This document shows positions 52,768-64,000 of a stretch of 64,000 nt of DNA, piece by piece; within the stretch, counting starts at the first letter, position 1, and every line of letters starts with the position of its first letter. A model generated the notes under the pieces. That model saw only the letters and a list, made by a program, of their open reading frames with translations. It was not told the DNA's origin and did not search any database. Made by a program: the position numbers and the translations under genes. The stretch comes from the human T2T-CHM13v2.0 reference genome, Homo sapiens, in assembly GCF_009914755.1 (NCBI RefSeq), contig NC_060934.1; one strand, given 5' to 3'.

Positions 52768-52960
52768 GTGGCTCTTGCGCTTAGGAGCATGTCAGGGTTG
52801 CCGGGAGGGGCGGGGGATGCAGATAAACCAGCAATGACTGGCCCCACTCCCAGAGTTTCTGATTCAGCCTGTCAGGGTTGGGGCTCAAGAAATTGCTTTT
52901 TAAACAAATCCCCTGGTGGAAAGAATGCTGGCGACTGGGCATTCCACTCTGAGAACCACC
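52768..52960. mobile_element. MER5A hAT-Charlie DNA transposon
   Basis: ggccccactcccagagtttctgattcag...ggggctcaagaaattgctttttaaacaaatcccctggtg...cactctgagaaccac. Confidence 0.8.
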
Positions 52961-53186
52961 AATTTAGGATACCCATGTTCCTTCATCTGACAACTTGGCC
53001 GAAAGGCAGAGAAAACTGAAGTCCTTTGCTTCTTCTGCCTGTGGTGGAAGGACCAAGACCAACATACAACATCCCTGTATTGGTATTGAAGCTTTTATTC
53101 TCTGCTCACACCCCAGTGATCCATAAAGGGTTAGGACAAGCACTGCCAAATAATACAATTAGGATGCTTTTATAGACCATCTAAAG

Positions 53187-53375
53187 CAGGGTTTCTTTGC
53201 TCTTGGAAATCCGATGAAAGCTATGAATCTCCCCTTCCCAAAAATACAACAGACACTCAAATATATGCACACATGCATGTACACACACACACAAACGCAC
53301 ACACACTGAATTGTACATTTGAGTCCAAAGTTTTGTGAATTTCCTGAACCCTGTGACCCCAGGATAAGAACCCAT
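53187..53375. mobile_element. hAT-Charlie MITE (Charlie4z-like) with internal CA repeat
   Basis: cagggtttctt...aatccgatgaaagctatgaatctcccc...gaccccaggataagaaccc. Confidence 0.6.
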
Positions 53376-53879
53376 AATATTCTAAAAATAAGAAGAAACA
53401 AGAGACAAGAGATGTAAACAGCTTTCTGTGATAAAAATGCAATGGTAATTTGGAAGGGACTTTATCTTGAAGCTTTTTATTGTGTAAGATAAACAAAAAG
53501 AAGAATATTGGATTAGACAAAGAAGAAAAATAATTAGTTTGTCGTGGCAGTGATACTTTCCTGAAACTCGTCCAATGGGGCACGGATCAGGAGGGCTCCT
53601 CCTGGGGGCCTGAGGATGGAGGGCCACGACTTCTGTGTGCTCAAGAGCAGGGTCTTGCATGGCAGAGCCCAGGCAAGCACTGGTGACCCCTGCGGGCAGC
53701 GTCCTGCAGCGGCTGCAGCACCACCCTCTGCTTCCTCCCCCATATGCCTCTGCTGACACTGGGTTCAGTGCTACCAGGGCGTGCACTAGGACACCTCTGG
53801 GTTTGCAGCGGAGGTAGCTGACTTCATTCATTCCCTCTGTCTACACTAGCAGATAGTCTGCACCCAGTGAAACCCACAC

Positions 53880-54012
53880 CCCTCAGAAGAACCCAGTGGG
53901 GAATATTCCACTTTGCAGAGGCTGAAGCCCAGGGTGATCACGTGACTTGTCTGAGGTCACATGGTGAGTGACAGATCAGGACTCAAGGCCAAATCTGTCT
54001 CATCCAAAGCCC
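53880..54012 (-). mobile_element. MIR SINE fragment
   Basis: ccactttgcagaggctgaagcccag...gtgacttgtctgaggtcacatggtgagtgacag...ggactcaa...tctgtctcatccaaagccc. Confidence 0.7.
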
Positions 54013-54324
54013 CCTTAGCAGCCCTATCAATGCTGTGCTGGGCTGTCCTGTCCATGGTCCTCCCTTCCCTCCTCAAGCCCCTGCCTTGAGAAACAGATAC
54101 CTTCTCCCTAGAGTTGAGAGGAGACAGACAATTGCTTCTACATTCCCTGCCTGAAGATCTGTGAGAGGCCTCTCAGTCCTCCCCTCTCTTAATCATAATA
54201 GGACGTCCCGGCGGGGAGGGAAACACAGAGATGCCATCGCTAGCTCTGCTGTAACTTTTCTATCTGGTCTTGTCCACCTGCCAAGAATGGCCTTGTTATT
54301 TCTGCACATAAGTAACATAAACAA

Positions 54325-54535
54325 TGGCTTTACCTCTGAACAGATCAGAGATGAAGCCCAAGCTCTGTGAATCTTGAGCTGTGCACATTCAGCGAGTGCC
54401 TTACGCTTTCTGAGTTGGCTTCTCTGTGTGTAAAATGGCATAGTGTTCCTCTCCTACAGGTCTTATGAATTTTACTAAAATGAAATAAAAAATCACTCAG
54501 CCCAGTGATTGGCGCACAATAGGTATTAAATGCGT
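54325..54535 (+). mobile_element. MIR SINE (degraded)
   Basis: tctgagttggcttctctgtgtgtaaaatgg...cctacaggtcttatgaat...cagtgattggcgcacaataggtattaaatg. Confidence 0.6.
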
Positions 54536-55339
54536 ATGTGCTTCCTTTCTCCTTTGCTCCTTTTCTTCCTGCATTCCTTTGCTTCTGAAGGTAAACAGTT
54601 AGTCATCACTGCAGCATATGGAAGCTATGAGGCCCGTCATAAAACTGTCAACCAGGACGCATACTGTAGCTCAAATTAAAATATCTTTGTTCACTTGATT
54701 CTTTGTGCTGGAGGCACAGTCAGTTAACATATGTCTGCAGTACAACGTTTGCAAGTAGGAATGACACTTTTAAAAACTTTGCAATAAATACTTTGGTTTT
54801 TGGTTACTGCACAGGGTATATCATCCTGTCTCCCCTGTCTGTCACTACATCAGTTATCATTAGGATAGGACAGGCTAGGTGTTTCACGTGACTCCCAAAG
54901 AGCCTAGGTTATGGTGGACAGTTCTCCAGTCATTTCAAAGCAGGTAAAGCAGATGCTGTAGGCCTCAGAGTAACTCTGGGGTGAGGAAGGGGAGGTTAAG
55001 GCAGAGGGGCTAACTGCCAAGTTCCTAAAGGAAGAGTCAGTGAGTATTAATTGAGCAGCTACTGTATCTGAGGCACTCTATAGAAACGGGAGCGGGCGTG
55101 GAGACTGGGGAGACACAGCAGTTGGCCTCAAGAGTGGGCTGTCGATGTTGAAAGGAGACCCCTGTTTCCTAATGAAGGGCACTGAGTGGTGTGATCATTC
55201 CAGCTGCAGCCTTGCCCATCACACCGCTTCCCAGGACCACAGCTGCCTACTGACCCCTGCACCCTCCCACCTGTGCTCTGCGTGGACTCGTGGTGTTAGA
55301 GCCCCTTCCCAAAGCCCACCATCAATGTGTGCAGCAGGC

Positions 55340-55945
55340 ACCATGCCCAGGGCTTCATCAGAGAAGAAGAACTACTAGGAGGGATAGACAATAAGAGGCT
55401 CATTATCAAGGATAGAGCTTCTGCGAGTGTGCAAACCGGTGCAAGCCTGTTCCTTCTGCATCTGGTTTGGACCTGTAGTCTCGTAGGATCCTCCATGCCA
55501 GAGGCTGAGAAGAAAAGTCAGACTGAAGTGGGAGAGAGTGAAGATGAGCTAGACCCCATCAGGACTGACCGGAACTTGCATTTTTTGTCACACTGTCTCT
55601 AGACCCAAGGACACGACCGCCTTTAGAAGAAGCTTGATCCTTTGTTAGAGAGCTGCCCCAATCATTGAAGAGTCAGAGAAGTTGAAAGAGAAGACCTGTT
55701 GGGACCTAGAGGGTCTGCAGGACTGGGTGCTGCCCATGTCAGCAAGGGAGATGGCAGGCCAGTAACTGTGAATGGAGGGGCCAGAGTGCCCGGCCCCTCC
55801 GCCGCCCCAGTGCCTCAGGACAGCGCTGCCGCACTGCGGTGTCCGATTCTCACGCACAGCTCTCTGCGGCCAGCCCTCACCTGCACTGGCAGGGAAGGGA
55901 ATTCTAGAAATGTGGGCAGCAAAGTTGACACAGTGTGGACACACA
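55340..55945 (-). mobile_element. Old ERVL solo LTR (MLT2F-like) carrying an APOA4-like insert
   Basis: cagggcttcatcagagaagaagaactactaggag...aataagagg at one end and cagggaagggaattctagaaatgt...aagttgacaca at the other resemble antisense MLT2-type LTR ends. Confidence 0.65.
55621..55750 (+). pseudogene. Decayed apolipoprotein A-IV-like coding fragment inside the LTR
   Basis: 55670-55735 translates as ESEKLKEKTCWDLEGLQDWVLP versus remembered ApoA-IV [22 protein letters not shown]; upstream *KKL and SFVREL versus QKKL and PFATEL lie in shifted frames. Confidence 0.6.
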
Positions 55946-56484
55946 AGAGTCAAATCCTGGAGAGACGTCCGCAAACAGGTTTTCAGCTATAGACAGGGGA
56001 GTTCAAATTGATATGTGGATTTGAAAATGATTCGAAAACTGTACAAAGAATCTTAAAATATTTATAACACTTTGCCAATTGATTGTACTATTGGAAATGT
56101 AGGTTAAGAAAATAATTCTAAATGAAGAAAAATAATAGTTCTATCGGTGTTCAGTAGTAGAGAAACAGTTAAATAAATAAGTGAATAAATAAATCCACCT
56201 AAGGAAATATTAAAAAGTCATTGAAGACATTTTTACACAGTGTAGCATTTTTTAAAGTCTGTTACAGTGTAAAGTAACACACACAAGTTCCTAGGCAGCA
56301 TGAACAAAATTCTGTAGAAAAGAAACTTTAAATAAAAAGAGGAAGCGGTATTCTGTTTCCAAAATCACAATAGCACATGCTTACACCTCGCCTCTCCACA
56401 CACACTCCCAAATCCTTCAGGGCTCAACACCGAAAGCCAAGGAAGTCACCCAGCCCCCTGCCCAGAGCATAGCTGGTGACTGGT

Positions 56485-57030
56485 TGTAATAGTTGTCTCT
56501 AGAGGGACTGGACTAATAGGATAGATGTATGCATGAAAGGAAGTTTATTAAGGAGTACTGACTCACACGATCACAAGGTGAAGTCCCACAATAAGCTGTC
56601 TGCAAGCTGGGGAGCCAGGAAGCCAGTCTGAGTCCCAACACCTCAAAAGCAGGGAAGCCGACAGTGCAGCCTTCAGTCTGTGGCCGAAGGCCCGAGAGCC
56701 CCTGGCAAACCACTGGTGTAGGTCCAAGAGTCCAAAAGCTAAAGAACTTAGAGTCCGATAATCAAGGGCAGGAAGCATCCAGCACATGAGAAAGATGGAG
56801 GCCAGAAGACTCAGCCAGTCTAGTCCTTCCACGTTCCTCTGCCTGCTTTTATCCTAGCCGCAGAGGCAGCTGATTAGATGGTGCCCACCCAGATTGAGGG
56901 TATGTCTGCCTCTCCCAGTCCACAGACTCAAATGTTAATCTCCTCTGGCAACATCCTCACAGACACACCCAAGAACAATATTTTGCATCCTTCAAGCCAA
57001 TCAAGTTGACACTTAATATTCACCATTGCA
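56485..57030 (-). mobile_element. ERVL solo LTR (MLT2A-like)
   Basis: ctctagagggactggactaataggatagat...gactcacacgatcacaaggtgaagtcccacaatag-like...ccaatcaagttgacacttaatattcaccattgca; TSD ctggt/ttggt. Confidence 0.92.
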
Positions 57031-57849
57031 TTGGTGCGTGGAATTCCACCAAATCACAAGTATGGAATAAACACCCAAGTCCTTCAGAGTCACCCCAGAC
57101 CCACTTGAAAGCAGGCTGATGGCACAAATGTGAGGAGAGGGGAGCAGAGGCCTGCGGTTGTGAAAAGCAGATAAAATCATATCCAGAAATAAAAGTTCCA
57201 CTGGGTGGGAAAATGCTGAGACCAGGGGTGAAGTCTGGTGGATCAAGCACCGACTCTTGGGAAGGCAAAGACAGGGCTTGGGAGTGTGCCGGACAGAAGC
57301 TCAGGCTTGGGAAGGCACGGATGCTGGAGATGGAGGGTGAGGCTGGAGGAGGAGGCAGGTGGACCAGGAGACCTGAGGGTACCAAGGAGAAAATGAGGTA
57401 TGTGGAGGGAAAAACAAACAAGTGACAATGTTTTCAACAAGGGGAGATGAACCAGACACTACCCCTGCCCCTTTACTCCCCAAGAGAAGAGTATCACAGA
57501 TTAGAGGAGACACACCTCCTTATACACAGAGGAGCAGGTGCTCTTGGACTGCGAAACCCAGGGAGAGAGGCCCAAACCTCTCACCTCTGCCTAGTATAAG
57601 CCCCACAGGTGCTGCTTTAGTAAAACAAGACACTTCGAATGGAATGAAAAAGAGCAGACAATATCCATAAAAGTGAATTTCCTCAAGTCAAAACTTACAC
57701 AGCAGAATAAAACCATGACACAGTGGCCAACTTCAATGACTTCTTCTTAAACAAGTATTTGATGATCTGAAAAAAGAAAATTGAATCAGAATTTCAAAAA
57801 CTCAGAACAGAAACGAATCAGTGAAGTGGAAAAAAAGTAGAATTTACTT

Positions 57850-59430
57850 TTTAAAAAAGTATTAGTTTGTTGTGGGAAAAAAGAACAGACAAACTAGATA
57901 GCCTAATTTTAAAATATGAGAAAGTGAAAATATACAACATAATAAGTTACAAGGGAGAAAAAAATCTTTGAAACATAGGCTTTAAAAAATTGCAAAGGTC
58001 TACTTTTCATAACCCTCTGAAAATATATTTGAAAAACTTGAATGGAAAAGATAATTTTCCAGGAAAATACAGCATACCAAAATTGAACCCAAGGGAGAAG
58101 GAAAGATTTAACAGGCTAATTTCTATAAAAAACAATGAAGAAACTATACACAAAAAAAATTACCAGACCCAAAATAGTATCTTGGGAGAATTCTATAAAC
58201 TCTTTAAAAAGTACAAATAAAAAGGAGAAAACATATTAAAATAAAAGAAATCTTCTAAATCATTTGCATGAAGGAAATATACAATTGAGAACTATAACTG
58301 TTAAAAATGGCAGTACAAGAAAGAGACCAATATCACAAATATCAATATAAAAAATCATAAAATATTAGCAAATAGAATAAAACATTCTTTTAAGAAAAAA
58401 CAATAACATATTTTAAACATATGTGATTTATTCCAATAACACAATTATGGCTCAATCTTTTATAATTACTCATATTAATAAACCTAAAGATAAAAATTAT
58501 ATGGTTATGTCTGCAGATATTAAAATGCCCTCTAACAAAAGGCAATGTCATTCATTCCTGACAATACATTCAGTGGCATATGAGTGAACAGACACATACG
58601 TCCTCAACACAGACACAAGACGAGAGGAAACCTGATACGCAGCACCAGAAGCACTTTGCTAAGGTCAGGAAAAAGCAAGATTATCCACCATTCCCAGTCC
58701 TATTTAATGTTATATTAGAGGCATCAACCAATGCAATTAGCAAGGGAGAAAAATTTGAAGCATAATTATTAGAGAAAAATGAAACCATTTCTATTTTCAG
58801 AAGATAGGATAGGATACTTGGAAAAAATAATAAAATCAGTAAACAAAGTCAATATTATAATTCACTAACGTAGCAGGGTATAAAGTTAATATACACATTT
58901 TAAAACCTTCATATATTAAATAATAATGGAACACATAATAGAATAAAATAAGCAATGGGAAAGAAAACCCTATCATCAATAACAAGGAGCAGAACATTAC
59001 ATTTTTGAGATTAAAGTTAACAAAAAATATATGATACCTGTAAAAGAAAAATATTTAAGCGTCAATCAAAAAAGCCGCTAAGGTAGACTTGAAAACACAG
59101 CCACGTACTTGGAGAGGAACTTTTGTTTATTGATTTTATTTGTTTGTTTTTGTTCACAAGCTAACTTTAAAGTTTATATGGAAAAAGTAAACAACATGTA
59201 GTAACGTTCAGAAACACTTGAGAAATAGCAATGAGGAGGACAAGCTGTGCTGATATTAAAATCAACCTGAAATTTCCATGATCAAAATGAGGAGAGGCTG
59301 GTTCATGAGTGGGTGGGTTAGTGGAACCGAAAATGTTCCAGAATTGGAACCTAGTAAAAATGGAAGTTTTGTACGTGATAATGTGGCATCTTTATTTCCA
59401 TAGATTTGAAAATGCTTATTTAAAAAAAAG
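57850..59430 (+). mobile_element. Highly degraded L1M ORF2 region
   Basis: A-rich; ORF fragments LKNLNGKDNFPGKYSIPKLNPREKERFNRLIS..GEFYKLFK (57990-58220) and KQDYPPFPVLFNVILEASTNAI (58580-58765) resemble L1 ORF2p Z and RT motifs. Confidence 0.82.
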
Positions 59431-60942
59431 TTTAGGGTAAAAGAGAAAGAGAGAGGCAGAGGGAGAGAGGCCCAGCTCAGTGCCCAGTGGACTTTAGAGA
59501 GGATGGAACTCCTGGCCCTTCCCACTTCTGGAAGCCAACGCAGCCCCAGCCTGGTCCTGGGGCCATTTTCTGTATGCCTTTTTGCAAAAAAAAGAGGAAG
59601 TGCTTCTGGTCACTTGAAATACGCCGCCGTTTTTCTCCTCTGGTGCCATACGGTTGTAACTCAGCTGTCAGGATGTGGAGCTACCCAGCTTCCCACTCAA
59701 CCCTCCTTCTCTGCGGGATCCTTTTGCAGCCTCCAAGGCATAGACAGGGCGGTGCACGGCTCCCTGTGACCAGCACACCAGGGTCTTGCCCACAATGCCG
59801 TGTGTTCCTGACTCACACATCTACACAGCATCGAGACACATGGGAGAGGTTGCATCTCAGCAAGCCCTTGAGCCACAGCTGCCCACACTCTAGACTAAAG
59901 AGGCAAATATGGGCTCTGTTCTTGGATGAGAGGCTGTTGAGGGCGCCCACCCCATATTCTGCTTTTCATTGCTCTCTTTTTAAATCTCACTGTATTTTTG
60001 AGATTTTCACCTTCTTCAGATACATGAAGTAACATACATATCGAGTGTGATCATCTATGTTGAAAGACTGGTAAATTATCTTTTAACATATCGTTGCATT
60101 TTATGGAATAATAGAAAGAGGTGCTGCAGCTATAACCAGTTACCTGGTAACCCATGGAATCATTCTATAAGAGAAAGCAATTAAAACATTCCAACAAGAA
60201 CCCCCCCGCCCAACCCTGTGGAGTTTGGTGCTTTGCATTCCGTCTACTTTTCTGGTCACAAGAGCCTGTAGAGCACCCGGAGGGAAGCCGAGGGGAACAG
60301 GGCATCTGGAAGAGCTGCAGGAGACCGGAAGTCAGGACACAGATGTCTCATGCAAGTTCCACCAGCAATTAGCCAAGGGATGCTGGTAAACACGCTGAAG
60401 CTCCCCGGACCTCAGTTCTGCAATTACAAATTGACAGATCTAACTTTATTTTCTCTATGCATGTTTTTCTGTACTCAATAGTCCATGCTTCTTCAAACAT
60501 CACAGCTAGAAAGGATTTGAGTGAAATTGACACATGAAAAATCCTCTTTTGTGGGTCCCAACTCTGAGCAAGCAAGGCTGGCCTGGTGCTTCCCTGGACT
60601 TCATGAGCTGGCAGAGGTCTTCAGGGAGACGCAGAGCTCAAATCAGGGTGGTCGTTGCCCTGGAGGTCACCTTGAGGGAAGCATGGTGTGGTTTGGCACA
60701 GATTGACTCTGAACATTTGTAAAGCCTTAGTTCATGCCAAAGTCTGGAGATGCAGGGGCTTATTGTCACAGCCCTTGGGGGCATGCAGTCTGAGACCTGG
60801 TCATATTCTAGGATGCCCTCAGAAGCCCCATTTGGTAAAAGGTGTAATAAGCCAAGTGGAACCTCAGACCCTCACCCAGATTACGATTTGGATTAAATTT
60901 TCTTTGCATTAAGAACAGCTGGAAGACTACTGGAGTGGGTGA

Positions 60943-61247
<305 letters not shown>

Positions 61248-61274
61248 TTCCTCCACTTTTAAAGTATATTCCAG

Positions 61275-61420
61275 CTTTGTGTTTTTACCACTACCACTCA
61301 GGGCCAGGCCCACTTCCTCTCTTTCCTGGACTAGCCCCAAGAGCCTTTTGACCCTCTGCTTCTCTTTGTCCTACTACTACAATGCATTCTTCTCAGGGCA
61401 GCAACAGCTCTTCTCACAGG
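61275..61420 (+). mobile_element. L2 LINE fragment
   Basis: ccactaccactcagggccaggccc...ctctttcctggactag...aatgcattcttctcagggcagca. Confidence 0.45.
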
Positions 61421-64000
61421 TGATGTCCCTGAACTGGGTACTCAGATGGTCCTGGGATAAACCCTGTGGAAAGGCATGGAGTCGGGGGAGAAGGTGAGAT
61501 GTGCAGACGTCTCAAGGAAGGGCTCAGCTAAGCTCACCGGGAGCTCTGAGCAGGATGCTCATCCTACACTCACTGTCTCAGCGCTGTCCCCAGAGGAGAT
61601 GAGGCCTCAAACGAGGCTTTTGCTTTGTTTCTTGCAGGAAATGCATTTCAGAGAAAGGGGTTTCCTGACTTTTCACAGTGGTCCAATCCTTGTGAACTGT
61701 GGTGTCATTGGCTTGCTCTACTGATTTATAACATTTTTTTCAGTAGTGCACCCTCACATGTGATGCTGTGAGCCACGTGGGGTGGGTCGGCAGTGGCCAG
61801 CATTGCCTTTCCCTCAGAATCCATGTGTGGTGTTGAGCTTCCACAAGTGTCTCTGCAGTTGACAACATGGACTCCCCATCCCTCTGGCTGTCTACCTCTG
61901 ACTAAAGTCCCAGGGGATTTCTTATGGAAGCATGGTATTCTTCCATATGTTTGTGCTGTTTGGCCATTTACAGGAAGCCAGCGTCAGGGGAGGGATTCAG
62001 TGAGAGCCATCCTTATGCCTTTGTCCCGCACAGGATTCCAGTGTTGAATCCACTTCCAGGACAGCTCTTATTCATGAGCTGCCCATGCCTAAGGACCCTC
62101 ACTCAGTAGCCACTGTGCCCACAAGCAGCTACCGTGTGCTAGGGGGGGTTTGTGCTCAGAGTTGAAGACCCAACCTTGAATCACACACAATCTCCTGGCC
62201 TTAGGAGGAAGATGTCTTTTCTAGGTTGTTCTTTTCACTACCTTGAAAAATTTCTCTCCCAGGGTAATAGACAGTGAGAAAAATAGCTGTCGCTGGGTGT
62301 GAGCCCTCTATTCTGGCCTTTTCATCTTCTGACTTGCCCTTGTGCCTGTTTGTACTGTGCAGAAATCACTGGACTATGTGGCTGTGTGCTTCTGCTGTTG
62401 CAAAACCCTCCCAACCTATCCACAGTAGCCAACAGTCCTGTTTAGGAATGCTCACTAATAATGTCCTGGCACAAGGGAAACCAGAATACTAGACTCCAAG
62501 GGAATTGATTATTTTCTCATATTTCCTTCTTTTTTTTTTTTTAACAATGAACCTCAGGTACTTTTTTGTCAGTACAGTAAAATATGGAAAGTGAGAACAG
62601 TAGAAATGTGTAAATTCATGGACGAGGTGAGTTCTGCCTGTCTCCTCTTCTTTGCTCACATCTCTCACTGATGGGAGATGCTGCATCGGACAGCACGGCA
62701 CCCACAGCTCAACTCAAAGCCTTCCACAGCCAGAGGACATGGATCTGGGCTGTGTGGAATTCTGCTGAGACTAACACAGACTTTTTTGAGTGTGAAAATA
62801 TTCTTGGCAGTCATTTGCTTCACCCAGATATTTGGAGAATAGAAATCTATATCAGAGATATTGGTAAAATATTATATGAAACAGTATCCAATAAATGATA
62901 GTCTTAATTCAGGACCTTAGTGTAGCTGCACACTCAGTGGAAATTATGCAAAGTAGGTTTCTTTCAGCCAGGAAAAACCAAAAGCCTGAGTTTCAGGGGG
63001 AAACCCTATGGCTCCTTCTTCTTCCTGGCCATCTGCAGGGAGGACTTGGTTTTGGAGGTGCCCTGTCATAGAGGCACGGCATAAAATGGCAGCTCCCTGT
63101 TTTCAAGGAAGCCAGGGTAGGGGGAGCACAGAGGTTATGCTCTGGTCCTCACCTCCAGGTTCCAGGGCTGATGACAGTAAAAGAAAGCAGCACTGATCTG
63201 GGTGCGGAGTCTGGCACCAGGTTGTCTTCATTGGATTTGGAGTTGAACTTGCTTGGATTTCCTCCCTGGAGGGGTGGGGGTGGGGTTGGGAGTATTCCCT
63301 GCTGATACTGTGGTTTTGTCGGGACATTTCAGTGAAAACATTCTCCTACTACTGATGCTTTTCAGTCAAAGAGGCTTTCATAAATTCCCTCTGATACCAA
63401 AATGGGATTTATGAGAAATCCCAGAACTGATGTATGCAACTGCGTGTGTAGCACAGTTACCCTGATTTATGGAAAAATACAAGAGACAGAGGGTGAGCTG
63501 CTCTCCCAGGCTTACCAATGAGCAAACACATGTTTACTTTGTACCTGTAACTGCATGGCTTTTGTTTCTACACTACGTTATATTTTAAAATAACTTTATC
63601 TTACTTTACACCTACAGGGAAGGGGCTGGCATGAACAAATGCCAGTTTGCCCTTAATGAAGCCAGTTCACGGCAGATAGTTACGAACATGATGTGATGTG
63701 CCACCCTGGAGCAGAGAGAGCTTGCACATGGTCTATGCCCTGGTCCTTGCCATGCTTCTGTCACCTCAGTGGAGCAATGAGGCTTGCACATTTTGCTTCT
63801 TTCTTCTCATTCCTCAATCTATTTTTTTTCCAGGCCCCAGGCACTCTGATTGGTGCTGGGCTGGCGAGAGAAGATAAAAGCTGGCCTTTGCCCTTCATTC
63901 TAGTGAGGGGTGTAACAGAACAAAGTAAAAGCTGAAAAAACAAACTGCCACAAGTTTCTGCTTCATGTCCTAAGGGGTCCATCATGGCTGAGTGTGTGCA

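Noticed and set aside
54162-54175. 14-bp perfect palindrome tgagaggcctctca
   Set aside because: A palindrome of this length is expected by chance in 64 kb
61420-61560. Possible LTR16-like fragment (also faint MLT1-like traces near 42420-42605, 48850-49010, 54850-54920)
   Set aside because: Similarity is too weak to call without a profile search

Overview
This is primate (human-like) nuclear DNA, intergenic or intronic, of moderate GC content. I can support no protein-coding gene, RNA gene or CRISPR array. The ORF track is explained by chance ORFs, Alu/L1 decay products and stop-free tandem repeats. The window contains eight Alu elements or fragments plus a free Alu monomer, three old L1 tracts (about 25.4-30.4 kb minus, 34.1-39.2 kb minus, 57.9-59.4 kb plus), MaLR/ERVL/ERV1 solo LTRs, MIR and L2 relics, and small DNA transposons. 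It is unusually rich in tandem repeats: a 17 x 66-bp minisatellite and a 6 x 29-bp repeat, both born inside one L1; a 1.9-kb TG-rich array with a ~124-bp higher-order unit; and a 36-bp CCT-containing VNTR. The most notable observation is a decayed apolipoprotein A-IV-like coding fragment (ESEKLKE..LE.L....LP) inside an old MLT2F-like LTR at about 55.6 kb. Others are an ancient amniote SINE-like 3' tail at 49.8 kb, two Alus inserted tail-to-tail with overlapping target-site duplications (TSDs), and deletion scars that truncate Alus. Repeat family names come from remembered consensus sequences, not a database search, and boundaries of old elements are approximate.
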